DNA of 63,478 nucleotides, filler included, from Calcarisporiella thermophila CBS 279.70 (Eukaryota > Fungi > Calcarisporiellomycota): the NCBI RefSeq assembly GCF_041956535.1. It is 9 parts of 8 records of this genome, joined end to end, with 100 filler letters (N's around TTAATTAATTAA, not from the genome) between each part and the next. Parts side by side here need not be neighbours in the genome. Positions count along the whole stretch, not along the records: positions 19,009 to 31,016 come from NW_027192230.1; positions 31,117 to 34,636 come from NW_027192198.1; positions 34,737 to 37,474 come from NW_027192192.1; 6 more parts are not named here. The stretch is one strand, 5' to 3'. Under the pieces are notes generated by a model that had not been told where the DNA came from, did not search any database, and saw only the letters and a program-made list of their open reading frames with translations. The translations under genes were made by a program, and so were the position numbers. The stretch's first letter is position 1. Every line of letters starts with the position of its first letter. Positions 24,444-37,380 of this stretch are shown here, piece by piece.

Positions 24444-26493
24444 ATGTCTTGCATCCAAGAAACCAGTGATCCAAGGCTTGTGGAGCTCGAAGCATCTCCA
24501 TCCATTGTTACTCTGCTTCGTCTCTACATCTCTCATTTCCTCAGCACCTGGGGCGATCGTCTCTACGAGTTTGCCGTTTATTTATTTATTCAAGCAGCAT
24601 TCCCTACTACACTTCTTCCGGTGTCAGCATACGGATTCGTAACCACAGCATTTGCCGCTCTTTTAAGCCCGTCGGTTGGCCATTATGTCGACAAAATTTC
24701 GAGATTTTCGGGTGAGTATTGCGCTCCATAGTTCTAGTAGTAGCCAGAGATAACGAGTTTTGTTTAATACTCCTGACTCTTCCATAGTTGTCCGCACCTC
24801 AATTCTAGCCCAGAAAGCTTCTATTATCATCAGCTGCATCTGTTATTGGGGTTTGCTGGCTTTTTTTAACACGGGATCATCATACTCCACAGAGAAAAAT
24901 AATTCTATGGATCCTCGCCTAGCGCTCTTCTGTGCAATTGTATTCTTAGGAGCTGTTCTTAAACTTGCTACTGTTGGGCTGACCATATCAGTGGAGAAGG
25001 TGTTGTCATTATTCGATCCTCTCTATCGCTCAAAATTCTCACCTATATGCTTATCCTTGCGATTTAAATATAAGGACTGGGTTGTAGTTATTGCAAACAA
25101 TGACTCCATGCTTCTCACAAGTGAGTTGATGCGTATTCACTAACTACCATTTCTTTTTCCATCTGGACCACCTCCCTGCTTTTTAACAGAACTCAACACG
25201 ATGATGCGACGCATAGATCTCTTCTGTAAATTGGTCGCTCCATTGCTCATAGGCTTCCTTATTAGTTTTACAAGCGTATTATTTGGTGTTGCTTTTGTGG
25301 GATTCTGGAACGTAATTTCACTCGTTCTCGAGTTATATCTTATATTTCAAGTATATATCGCCGTTCCAGAATTAAAGAGGCCCAAAAATTTGCATCAGCC
25401 AGAGCAGGTGCCATCGGATAGTACAATTTTAGAATCTACTGAGACAATTCAGAGTAATAGCGCACGACAAAATTCATTGTATTGGGTGCACATGTTCAAG
25501 GAATCGGTTAAGAGTTGGCGAAAAAACTGGGAAATGTATGTTCGTCATCCAGTATTTTTAGGTAGATACCATTGCTTTACTATTTCGAGACTTGATCTTC
25601 TTTACGAATCACCATTTCAATCCCCATATAACCAATTTACTTGCATGTTCCAGCTTCCCTTTCATATTCGTTTACCTATTTAACTGTCCTCAGTTTTGGT
25701 GGATCCATGGTGGGCTATCTGAAATATCGGGGCTATTCAGATGGCTTTATTTCCGGAATGCGTGGTGTGAATGTCGTGGCTGGGTTAATTGCAACCGCCC
25801 TAATGCCATGGATAAAGATGAAGATTGGTCTTGTACGGACGGGCATTTGGGCCATAATCTCTGAAGTGCTGTGTCTTATCCCGGTCGTTGTGAGCTTCTA
25901 TGTATGGCCGGGAGTTTTGGAAGCTATTTTGCTCTTCGGTAAATAGCGCATTTGATAAACAATATATCGCACTACCTTGGGGCTGAATATACAATTGAAC
26001 TTGACTGGTTGCTTTCTATTTTTACACAGGTGGAATGGCACTATCGCGAATTGGCCTGTGGTCATTTGATCTAACGGCAACCCAGTTACTACAGGAGCAG
26101 GTAAACGATATTTCAAGTGGCCTTTATATCCTCATTGATCCAATTGCATATAAATTTGGAGCTTTTCCGACTGACATCACTACACCTTGTACTAACCTAC
26201 ACCCGATTTCCTAGGTATCCATCCAGCAAGCTGGTCTAATAAACGGCCACCAATACGTATTGGTAAACCTTTTTGATCTTGGCCAGTACTTATTGACCAT
26301 GGTGTGGAATGAACCGCCACAATTTGCCACTCCGGCCATTATTTCGTGTGCGTCTGTAGCGATGTCGGCCGTATTCTATGGGCGATATACCTATTTGAAT
26401 CGTGGCCATTTACTTCATTATGAAAAGCTTGCTGCAGTATGCTGCGATCATAAACAGTACCAGGAAAATGAGATGCATGCAGAAGGAATATGA
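24444..26493 (+). CDS. ferroportin (FPN1/IREG, SLC40) iron/metal exporter, 7 exons
   Basis: LYISHFLSTWGDRLYEFAV, ISVEKDWVVVI, MRRIDLFCKLVAP, YLTVLSFGGSM, SRIGLWSFDL. Introns at about 24712-24788, 25000-25074, 25121-25189, 25562-25653, 25939-26029 and 26101-26214. Confidence 0.93.
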
Positions 26494-26740
26494 AGTAGAA
26501 ACTCCCTTAATTGTATAATATATTTTGAATGCCAGGATTCATGTATACTGGTATACAAACAGATATGATCGATGACAACGCAAAAGAAAAAATTGCATAA
26601 CTCTAGCGACCATTCCTATATAATGGCACATGAAAATAGCACGACTACATATCCTAAGAACGATACTATCAATACAAAGCACTGGCCAAGTTCTTGTCAT
26701 GAAGGGGTTTCAAAAACGAAATAGAATGGAGCGAACCCAG

Positions 26741-28361
26741 TTATATTCTCATTACTCGCTCTAACTCCTCCTGTAAATTATCCCAATCATCGTTAAGCGT
26801 AGTCCGCCAGTTAGAAATTGCTGCGCGGATAGCAGGACGCCCGCGCCATACAGTTTCGGACATAAATACTTGACCTCCACCATTAATGGCTGCCAATAGC
26901 CGTTTATTCCCCTCGCTTCCTCTGTATTGTTGGGGCACACCACAAAACACAACAATATTGAGAGGACATTGATCTATCAGGACTTCGTACCATTCGGGGT
27001 GTGCCCGTAGCCATTCAAATAATCTGTGCGCGAAACGGCAATTCTCCTCTACTATGTGACGATATCCATTTCGCCCATAGGCCAGCAAGGTCGAGAAGGC
27101 TGGCAGGGCACGCCATCTCCTTGAATTCGCAACCCCCGAATTCATAGGTTGAGGGATCTGATCCTGGGATTCTTCGGTTAGGTAAGCAGCATTTTGTCCA
27201 AACGTGGCAGTCAAATACTTTTTGTGTTGCTTGCGATAAAAGAAGAGACCGCAATCATATGGAACGTTAAGCCATTTGTGGCCATCAGCTAATGTGTCAT
27301 CAATTAGTAGTTAGTCACAATTGGCTACTATGGAACAGTGCCTAGAAAAAAGGTTACCAGTGATAGTATCAGCAAGCTCTAATCCTTTTGCAAGGTGCTC
27401 GTATGCGGGGCTACACCTTGCAAAAGCCCCAAAGGCGGCGTCAATGTGAAAGAAAGCTCCATACCGTTTGCACACCTCTGCAATTTGAATAGTATTATCG
27501 GGGAAATATCCCTATCGAAATGAATGATCAGGGCACTTTATCGCGACTGAATTATCGATACATAAAGATACATACTGTATTGACCTCTGCAAAGCCAGCG
27601 ATAACTATACATACGGCACCTTTATTTTCTGCGTCTTTCAGTACGTTTTCTAGAGCATTAACGCCCTTTTCACCACACCCCATCCCAGGAATGTTCTTTA
27701 AATATCGCCGACCCACACCTATGATACTTGCGGCTTTTTGGAAGCTTGAATGAACATTTTCACCCACGACCCAGACCCTGCCTGGATCAATACCATCTTC
27801 TGAGACATTGATTCCAAACTTCTCCAAGCAGAGTAGTTGTCTTCCTATACTTATCCCTATGACATTACTCTCTGTTGCGCCCGAAGTGAATATCCCCCAA
27901 TACTCATTTTCTTCTAGTCCGAAGAGAGATAAAAGCAAACGGATGGCGGCTTCTTCAAGGCTGGATGTTACCCCTTGCCCTCCGACAATCGCATTTTGAT
28001 CCCATACACTGGAAAGCCAATCCGCTGCTAGTGCTGCCTAGTAAATTGAGAATTGAAGAGAATGTGTTAAAATTTTAGGTTGAGAATGCTAGCGTCTTAA
28101 CCTACCTACCTCGGTGACACCTCCTGTAACAAACGCGTAATACCTCGGCCCAACGGAGTTGTACACTCGCGTCCCGATATTTTCCAACACCCATTCGATA
28201 GTTTTCTGAGCACCCATTCCAGTATCAGGTAGCTCTGGATATTCTTCGACATCAGTCGAAGTTGTGACAGGGATTGTGCGGAAGCTCTGAGTGCGAGAGA
28301 CAGCGTGCTCAAGAATGGCCTGCAAAAGGACAAAAAGATCAGGGTGTTGTGGGAGCGCCAT
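26741..28361 (-). CDS. group II PLP-dependent amino-acid decarboxylase, 4 exons
   Basis: GPRYYAFVTGG, FTSGATESN, FHIDAAFG, PLP-lysine motif DGHKWLNVPYDCG, NSRRWRALP. GT-AG introns are present. Confidence 0.92.
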
Positions 28362-28855
28362 CCTCTACGAGAAAATACGTGCCGAATTCGAGAAGAGCGA
28401 GAAATGGGAAGCGTGAACTAACTAGTAGCAAAAGTAACTGTAGGGCAATGAATTATGCCGAGCTAGAAATAGAGAACGATTTAAGCGCTGCACAGTCACT
28501 TTAATGACTGGTAATGACTAGTTTATTTCTTTGAATAAAGTTTTAAACATCGGATATTGTTTTAAGGCCACTTTTCAAAAAACATTTCTCAGCATAGCAG
28601 CTTTCCACATCACCCATCCAAAGCGATGCCATTGTATTGCGGTACGTAGAGAATACAACACATTAAGTCGATAGTATAAGAAGGTCTTAGTTTAAACGAA
28701 AAGGAAATCTCTAGTTTAATTAGATTCGATGGATAGTAGTGCAGAATATATTGAATATTGCGTATCCAGTTCACTCCAAATTCAAGTTACAATTTCTCGT
28801 AGGTGCGATTTCACAAATTGCCTTAATGAAAAAAAAAAATAATATAAAAACTCAA

Positions 28856-28929
28856 TGCTCGTGACAGGGATCGAACCTGTGACCTTGGCGTTATTAGCGC
28901 CACGCTATAACCAACTTAGCTACACGAGC
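28856..28929 (-). tRNA. tRNA-Ile(AAT)
   Basis: Reverse complement GCTCGTG...CACGAGC-A, anticodon arm TGGCG-CTAATAA-CGCCA, GGTTCGATCC T-loop. Confidence 0.95.
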
Positions 28930-29029
28930 ATGATCACGTGATTTGTTGTGAGTGTTACAACTCGAGTCACATATCAAGCTATCCCAACGATATTCAAGCT
29001 CCGACATTAATTAGGAACTAGTGGTATTT

Positions 29030-29364
29030 GGGGGAGGGTTAGTGTGGTGGACTATCCCTGGTATGCCGATGAGAACGGCGTGGGCTCAAATCCCACTTCC
29101 CCCACCAGCACTTACACTTAGTTTGTGACTGCTGTCCACTTGATCAGAAATTGTCTTGATTATTGAAAAGATCCCTCCTACGATAAGTACAAAGATTACA
29201 TCGGTTTCACGTACATGCTATTCACGACAACTACGATACACGCATATCGATTGAACGCCTATCTACCAAGGACCTATATCTCGTCATGTTAAGTCCATTG
29301 ACATTAACCTCATGTAATATATGGAAATTAAATAAAAGTTTCCATTGATTGATCAAAAAAAAAA
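29030..29364 (+). mobile_element. tRNA-derived SINE, copy 1
   Basis: tRNA-like head ending CCCCCACCA, poly(A) tail, 16-bp TSD TTAATTAGGAACTAGT (29007-29022, 29366-29381), homologous to 43812-44148. Confidence 0.88.
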
Positions 29365-29599
29365 TTTAATTAGGAACTAGTTATAAACCAGTATTCATTA
29401 GCTTTATTAGCTAACAGGTTATATAGTTATTATATCTTATAGTATAAAAGGAACACTCTAATGAGAACTTCCAGGATACACACCTGGTTCTTGAATAAAC
29501 CTATAGTTTTACCTATGTTCCCCGAGTATCCCCTAGTTATATCGCTCTAGTTTATGACATGAGTGTTACGATGAAAATAGAAAAATATGGAGAATATGG

Positions 29600-30190
29600 T
29601 TGTGACGGCGTTTTGGGTCTGACGGCAATCAAAGGACAATGGATACAGGCACAGAGGAAAAAAGACGAAGAAGAGTTCAAGCAAAAATGGGGAAAGAGCT
29701 CACTAATCCGGATCGATGACAGCCAAGAAGCAGCCTTCGATTTCGAGGAGGCCAAGAACACTTAATCCAACATTTCCAAGCACGGAACTCTTTAAACTAT
29801 ATCCCATGTTCTTCTAGTACTCAATAAGCTTGTCCGAAAACACATCTCACGTTTGTAATATATATTAAATAAACCACAGGACGCAATTTCCCGCGCCCTT
29901 AGAGGAAAAAAAAGGGATTCGGGAAGTGTCCCTCTCACATTTTTTTCCTTTCCCCTTCTTTATTAAGCTAATTTCTGTTTCCATACATTCCTAGCTTTTT
30001 CCTCATCACCTTTTCACTATTCCACTTACACTTATATCTTTTTCTTTCTCTCTTTCTTATTTTTTCCTTCTAGCTTCCAGATTCTGCAAGGTAGGTCAGG
30101 AGCATTACCTGGGTGATTTTGACGTAGAAGCTACCCTACCTTTTTAACAGGATAGGATACTTTTCAATAAAAGTCCTTTGTTAAAAAAAA
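29600..30190 (+). mobile_element. 5'-truncated L1-like LINE, family B (ORF2 C-terminus, pyrimidine-rich 3'UTR, poly A)
   Basis: ORF end ...QWIQAQRKKDEEEFKQKWGK... resembles the ORF end at 44622-44837. The last ~110 nt are near-identical to 45179-45283. AATAAA followed by an A-run. Confidence 0.7.
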
Positions 30191-30339
30191 CTTAGATTTT
30201 ATGACTTGATCGCTTTATTATCTTTGTTTCTTTAACTGAGCCCTTTTGTGAGAATATTTAATATTATACAGTTGTTTATTACGCCAACCTTATTTCATGA
30301 TAACTTTATTATATTGAGATGATACCATTTTATTACTTG

Positions 30340-30690
30340 TACGAGATGGACAAGGACAAGATCGTATTCCAACATGAAAACAGCCCCTCTCACATCACCA
30401 AGTCAACTCAAGCGTGACTGCGTGATCGCAATATAAGGGTCTTAGAATGGCCTGCTCAATCACCAGCTTTGAATCCCATAGAGAACGCGTGGGGCCTCTT
30501 GAAGAGGAGGCTTCAAGATTATCCTACTCGGCCAAAGGATAGGGAAGAGCTCTGGGAACGAATCAAATACACGTGGGAGAATATAGAAAAGACTTATATT
30601 GATAACCTATACGAGAGTATGTTGAGGAGATCCAGAGCTGTTTTTAAAGCTAGAGGAAGATATATATATTTCACAAAAATATTTTTGTGA
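30340..30690 (+). pseudogene. Tc1/mariner (DDE_3) transposase relic
   Basis: IVFQHENSPSH...(stop)...VLEWPAQSPALNPIENAWGLLKRRL. Confidence 0.85.
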
Positions 30691-31542
30691 AATAACGATA
30701 ATAAATACACCTTCAATTTTATCATGAAGGCCATTTTTCCGGAGCATCTATATTAATACCCATGGTTTTTTAGAAAATGCATTTATAACCGGGGTAGCGG
30801 TTGGAAAAGTACATATTGTAGATCCAACAGCGTTTAATAATAAAGCCGCTGTTCTAATATTCCATCCATTCAGGAGATATGAGCATTCAAAGGAAAATTG
30901 TTTAAACACACTGTCACATTTTTCCCTACTTGTATATTTCGTCTCCTTGGGCTTATATCCAACTTCCTTTACACCAAAGCTCTTGGAAATCTTCTTTCTT
31001 ATCCTTTATGGAGGTTNNNNNNNNNNNNNNNNNNNNNNNNNNNNNNNNNNNNNNNNNNNNTTAATTAATTAANNNNNNNNNNNNNNNNNNNNNNNNNNNN
31101 NNNNNNNNNNNNNNNNTGGATAATAATATTTTTTAGGAGATCCTTGAGCAGAAAAGAGATTAGTGATTTCTCTCTAACCCAAAGCTGATTTCTTCATTCT
31201 GGCCAGGTAAAAACTAGTATGGCTAGATTTGATGATGACAATTCTGGTGGATCACCAGGGGCGCAGAAAGTAAGCCTAGCCGACACCCTTGACTATGGAA
31301 CTAACCCAACTATAAGGTTGAGAGGGCATAATAGAATTCACGAATCAGATTTAAATGGGCCACAAACAATCTCATCGTGGAGAAAATGAATTTGGTGTAT
31401 TCTTAAAGCAAGAGATTTTCCTGACCATTACTTTCTTAAAAGGAATTGGCGTATGCAAAAAAAGAAACACTGAGTTGGATATTCGTGTGTTTAATAATTT
31501 CTAAGTTCCTCGAGAATTGTATCTATCAAAAAAGGCACGATT

Positions 31543-32135
31543 ATGGCATTCGAAAAAAGTAATATAGACAAACTAAGCAGGTTTCATCGACCTATTTTGA
31601 CATCACCTAACCGTATAGAACCAACTTTTTCCTTTAAAAATACCACCGGAACAGCCTCACCCTCGGGCAGAAAATTGGGGCAAAAGACTTTACTACTCTC
31701 TTTCCAGAAAATATTAAATAGACACAGCACTTCAATGAATATCGTTCATTTTGAGGGAACACCACAATCTACTCCCGCAAAATTGCCCAAGATGGCCACT
31801 TTTTATCCTATACACAACAAAAAGAACAGGAAACAGCGGTCATGTAAACTCTTCCCTTGTGACTACGACGACTGCACTCGCGTCTTCACCCGTAGCGAGC
31901 ATCTTGAGCGTCACCTCCGGTAAGCAAGCCTCTCTCTTCCATCCGTACTAACCACAGATCCCCTCTCATCGAGTTTTCTCGGCCAAAAAGGAAGCACACC
32001 GGAGAAAAGCCATACAGCTGCATCGTGCCAAACTGTCCACGCACCTTCAGCCGGTTCGACAATATGCTGCAGCACACGACCACGCATCACCGCAATCGAA
32101 AGCAATCCATTTCGGCTCCCACCCCCTTAATGTAA
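31543..32135 (+). CDS. two-finger C2H2 transcription factor (Usv1/Nsf1-like fingers); intron 31920-31990
   Basis: CDYDDCTRVFTRSEHLERHLR|KHTGEKPYSCIVPNCPRTFSRFDNMLQHTTTH. Start and 3' end are uncertain. Confidence 0.8.
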
Positions 32136-32669
32136 ATAAAATTTCACCTTTGATTCCCCTCTGCTTCATCCCTCTTCCTTTGCATCCCTCACCCATTTCA
32201 TATTCTCCTATTACAGTTGTTTAACTCCATTCACATAGAATCAACTCATCTCCCTCCGCCATTACCGAACGACGAGCTCAGCCTTCCCTCCGCGTAAGCC
32301 CCTCCTTGCATGTTTCACAACTTCTCTCTCTGCCTCCTACTGAACGGCATCTTCCCACACCCGTGGTGTCTAATTATCACTAATGGGTCTTTGTCAAAAA
32401 ATCTCGTATGTATCGCGAATTTCTTGTATTGTATATCAAAATTTTGTGGGATATGTCATTCCGTTTTTACACCACATTGCCAAATCCTAATATACCAATA
32501 GGGGCAATAATGGCACCATGTTTTGAAAAATTTATATTATTTGCATATATCTCTTGATGAAATGAAGCAATGTACAAGCGCCTCGGTCGTAAAAAAATTG
32601 TGATTTTGTTCCTGATGTTGATTCATTCGCTACCCTGGTTAACTATGCTTTTAGTAAAACTCTAGGGTA

Positions 32670-34570
32670 TTTACAATTTGCTTTCGGTATTGTATGGGAA
32701 TTTCATATCTTCCATAAATTTGTTTGTATCCCAAAGAGCTCCAAATATTTTTATATACGACTCGACATTTTGGCTAGACAATTTAAAAAACATCCGTGCT
32801 TCTTTTCTTTTTGGTATTACCATGTAGCCATGAGGCCTACTCCCAGACTCTTGAATCCCTGCGGCCACCCCACGTAATATATTAAATTCAACAAAGGATA
32901 AAAGGTTGAGGAGTGTATGGATGGGGTTATAATGTATTCGCTTGTCTTTCTCAATGGTAATCTTTCTTCTGGGTAGGGTGCGGTTGTAGTACCTATATCT
33001 GTTGCCATCCTCTTTATTTTAACGTTTCGTTCATGTATTTAATCTAGTATATTAAATGGGTGGGCTAAATATATATCAGCTGTCCATCTTTGTCTCTCTT
33101 GGACATTAACAATTAAGAAGGTAGACAAGATACATGAAAACATCAAGTCTTTTTATGATCACTATGTTGAGTAAATGTCTACCGCAAATCATTTAAATGA
33201 ATTTTGATTGTCTAAGATCAAATTGGATTTGCTAGGGAATGTTGTGGAGAGAGTACGGAGCTCTTTCCTGCGCACGGAATAATTTTTCATTATCTGTTCC
33301 ATGTCGTTGATTCAATTAAAGAGTCTGGACCACCCTGGTCATATTGGCAATTTCCAATGGAGAGATATTGTGGTATGCTTATCCCTTATGTGAAGTAAGG
33401 GTTCGATTTTGACGACAACTATATTTATACTGCTAATTAAGCTTGCTCCCTTATATTTGCACTAAGGTCGAAGTCTCGCCTATACACAAAAAAAAAATTA
33501 TGGATACTTCAAGAGAGAAGATATTGCACTCATATATCGTCGCATAATACTCCTTTAGTCGATGGAATTCAGAGCTGTTTAATTCATAAAATACTTTTGG
33601 CCAATATAGCTCTTCTTGGTAATGATCTAGCCAAAAAATCTTTTCCGCTGTCCAGAACGCTGGTAGCTTTTCCACTGCAGGGTTAATAACACTAACTGAG
33701 GGAACAAATGACAAATGATATAGTTTTTCTCAGATAAATTATCGAGAAAAGATTTTTTGGCTAGATCATTAGCATGACCTAGGTTTCCTGTCATTTCACG
33801 CACTTCGCTTCGAATAAACTCTCTTAAATCTGCAGGAGATACTCTGAGATTCTCATTAATATTATTATCTATAGAAATAGATAAGCGAAAATATTAATCT
33901 TCAAATGTTGTTGAAGTTAATTGAAGTTGATATGCCACCTTCATCTGACACGCTGGAAACTTCTTCCTGGATATCGCTTTCTACAGTGCTTAGTTCAACA
34001 TTCGAGTCTTGATCCTCCGCCTCGTCAGTAGCTCTGCTTGGTTGTGTAGCAATACCTTTTGCTTTTACTGATTGGTATGCACCTATGCATATTAAAATAA
34101 TAAAAGTAGTTGTTAGTATTATACAATTAAATGGGAAGTAGAAAAACGCATGGAAGAGCTATATACGTCTATTATGTATTAGCTGCTTTATCAATTCGTA
34201 TATAGCCCAATCGCACTGAGTAGTAGGAAAATCATCTGCCTCCTTTATAAACTAAATCGAAATTACTAAAAAATGAAATCTTGACGCTAACAGTGGTCAT
34301 ATTGCGATGTACCTTTCGTACCACTCTTTTAGTAATGTACTGATCTTGACCGTTATAGGGTTTATTAAAATCCATACCTAACTCTTTCATGATACTCCGT
34401 AACACACCCTATAATATCACAGTTTAAGATTTAGTTCTATTCCTTATTAAACATAATGCTCTACAATTATTTACACGATACATTCTGGCATCAGTCGGAT
34501 CAATATTCAAGTATGCCGCAACATTAATATAGCTTTTATTTCCAAAAAGCTTTGTTTTCTAATGCCACGT
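32670..34570 (-). pseudogene. degenerate multi-exon hypothetical gene, possibly transposon-associated
   Basis: Protein-like fragments (VAAYLNIDPTDARMYR, FPTTQCDWAIYELIKQLIHNRR, acidic linker) separated by intron-like segments, with stops. Confidence 0.35.
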
Positions 34571-34736
34571 TCGCCATTCGCTACCTTCTAACATGGTTCA
34601 ATTATTGCTTTGTTAATATATCTAGTAAAAAGATTTNNNNNNNNNNNNNNNNNNNNNNNNNNNNNNNNNNNNNNNNNNNNTTAATTAATTAANNNNNNNN
34701 NNNNNNNNNNNNNNNNNNNNNNNNNNNNNNNNNNNN

Positions 34737-35849
34737 AAGTGGGGAAAAACACCGTTGCATTTGGCAGCACAGAAGGATAGAAGCCATATTGTGCATATGT
34801 TAGTGACCGACTTTAGTGCAGATGTGAATATCAAAAACAAACGAGGAGGAACTCCACTGCATTCGGCATCGCAGAGCTGTAGGGGTGAAGTTATGAGGAT
34901 GTTGGTGACCGAGTTCGGTGCGGAGGTGAATATCAAAGACAATCGGGGACGTACTCCGTTGTTTTATGCAGCAGATGGTAACGATGAAATTGCGAAGATA
35001 TTGATGACGGAATTCGGTGCAGAGGTGAATATCGAAGATAAATGTGGATCAACTCCTTTACATCTGGCGATTCAATGGTGTAGGGACGATACTGTAAGGG
35101 TTATAGCATCTGAATTCGAGGCAGGAGTGAATATCAAAGATAGGTCGGGAATAACACCATTGCATTTAGCAGCAGAGTGGGGTAGAGATGATATTGTGAG
35201 GATGTTGGTGACCGACCTTAGTGCAGAGGTGGATATCAAAGACAAGCATGGAAATACTCCGTTGCGGGTGGCAGCAAAGTATGGTAACAACGAGATTGTG
35301 AAGATGTTGGTAAGCGAGTTCGGTGCAGAAGTGAATATCAAAGACGATCGGGGACGTACTCCACTGCATTGGGCAGCACAAGGGGATGAGAGTGGAATAG
35401 TGAAGATGTTGGTGACGGAATTAGGCGCAGAGGTGAACATTAGGGATGCGGATGGGAGATCTCCACTACATATTGCAGTTCAGTGTTGTAGGGACGATGC
35501 CGTGAGGATGCTGGTGGTTGAGTGTGGCGCAGAAGTGAATATCAAAGACAAGTTGGGAAAAACGCCGTTACATTTGGCAGCAGGGGGGGGTCTTAGGGAA
35601 TATAGGGATGATATTGTGAGGATGTTAGTGACCGACTTAAGTGCAGAGCTGGATATCAAAGACAACGAAGGAAGAACTCCGTTGCATGTAGCAGTAGAGT
35701 GGGGAAGAAATGATATTGTGAAGCTGTTGACCGAGTTCGGCGCAGGAGTGCATATCAAAGACTGTGAAGGAAAATCCCCACTGCATTTGGCAGCACAGAG
35801 GCATAGAAGCGATATTATGAAGTTGTTGGTGAATTCGGTGCAAAAGTAG
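34737..35849 (+). CDS. ankyrin-repeat protein, 5'-partial (11 visible repeats), ended by a frameshift
   Basis: Repeated G.TPLH.AA..G....V.MLV.EFGAEVNIKD units. Decayed repeat sequence continues past the stop. Confidence 0.9.
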   Translation, partial: KWGKTPLHLAAQKDRSHIVHMLVTDFSADVNIKNKRGGTPLHSASQSCRGEVMRMLVTEFGAEVNIKDNRGRTPLFYAADGNDEIAKILMTEFGAEVNIEDKCGSTPLHLAIQWCRDDTVRVIASEFEAGVNIKDRSGITPLHLAAEWGRDDIVRMLVTDLSAEVDIKDKHGNTPLRVAAKYGNNEIVKMLVSEFGAEVNIKDDRGRTPLHWAAQGDESGIVKMLVTELGAEVNIRDADGRSPLHIAVQCCRDDAVRMLVVECGAEVNIKDKLGKTPLHLAAGGGLREYRDDIVRMLVTDLSAELDIKDNEGRTPLHVAVEWGRNDIVKLLTEFGAGVHIKDCEGKSPLHLAAQRHRSDIMKLLVNSVQK

Positions 35850-36819
35850 ATACTGAAGACGAAGTAATATTCCATTACATATAGCAATACGGTAAGGTGA
35901 TGAAGATGTTGTGAAGATGCTGGAAACTGAGCTTGATGCAGAGAATATCAAAGGTTAGCAGAGAAGATCTTTATTTAATTGGAGCGCAGTATAAGGAAGG
36001 TATGAAGATCAGAAGTGGTGATTGATTCACTAAGCTATGTATCAGGATTATTGTTTAAATATTTGATATAAATAACATGAATTTATCTCAACCGAATTGC
36101 TACAAGTGGTTTCTAGCTATACCAATACGAGAAACTATATATGAAAAGAGGAGTTGAATATCCTCTGAATAATGCGAAGAGAAAGCTAATATTTCTCCTT
36201 GCCGATACGCTGGTTTGTTTACTTTTTTCAGTATTGAAGAATGAGGATTTTCGAGAAAAAACCGTAATTCATTTTTTATCATTTAACCTTCATTTAGATT
36301 TCTCGCCCGTGGTTATTCTTACTGTAATAATTTTTGTCAGAGGGCCATTTGAAAGATGCTTAATATCTGGCTAGGTTGGGTTGTTTCTACATTAAAAACC
36401 ATTGAGGATCAGCTTTAATTGTCCGAAGTTGCGTGCAGTCTATGCTGTTTTTCTTCGATGGAAGTGATTTTATTATAGAGAAAGTGCACTTACGAGAGTA
36501 TGCTGAAAATTCGAAAGAGAATATTAGGATTAGAACATAATCTCATACGATCTTCTCCGCACTATATTGTTATTACATTATTATATATGAAAATCATCAA
36601 AATACAGTTGAATACAACAGTTTAAATATTTTCGGAGTATATTGGGAAATCCAATGCAATGAAATTCCTTGTAGAGTACGGATTTGGATGAATTTATTCT
36701 AAACCACCTCAATGCACAGTCCATCAATGTGAACTCGAGGATATACGTAGATTTGTCAAAGTTTTTAGGAGCTTGAGGATACAGGCGACGAAGGAAGAGC
36801 AACTCCGTTACACCGGGCA

Positions 36820-37380
36820 CCAGGAAGGGACAAATGCGAATTTGTGAAGACGTTGGTAACCAAGTTCGGTGAAGTGAATATTAATGATTATAAGGAAAGA
36901 ACCTCGCTGCATTGGGCAGCAGGAGGTAGTTGTAATGTTGTGAATATGGTTGTGACCGAATGGAGGGCAGAAGTGAATGTCAAAGACAATTAGGGGAGAA
37001 CTCCATTGCATTTGGCACTACGATGAGGTAAGGATGGAGCTGTAGAGGTGTTGGTGAGTAAGCTCGATGCAAGGGTAAATCTCAAAGGAGGAGAGGGAAA
37101 AATTCCGTTTCATTTGGCAATAAATAGGGGATTCTAGTTGCGATGATGTTGAATAGCTGAGTTTGAGGAAAATGTGAATGTCAAAAACGACTGCGAAAGC
37201 ACACCGTTGCATTTGGCAGCAGAAAGTGACAGTGGCGAAATAGTGAAGTTGTTGGTGGCCGAGATTGGTGTAGAAGTAAGCTTCAGAGACATTTATGGAT
37301 CAACTCCATTGCATTGCGAAGCAAAGATCTACAAGGAACGAAGTTGTGAAGTTTCCAGTGATCGAATGCGGTGTACAAAG
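36820..37380 (+). pseudogene. decayed ankyrin-repeat copy
   Basis: Same repeat DNA (ACTCCATTGCATTTGGCA, GAAGTGAATGTCAAAGAC) with stops and frameshifts. Confidence 0.8.
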
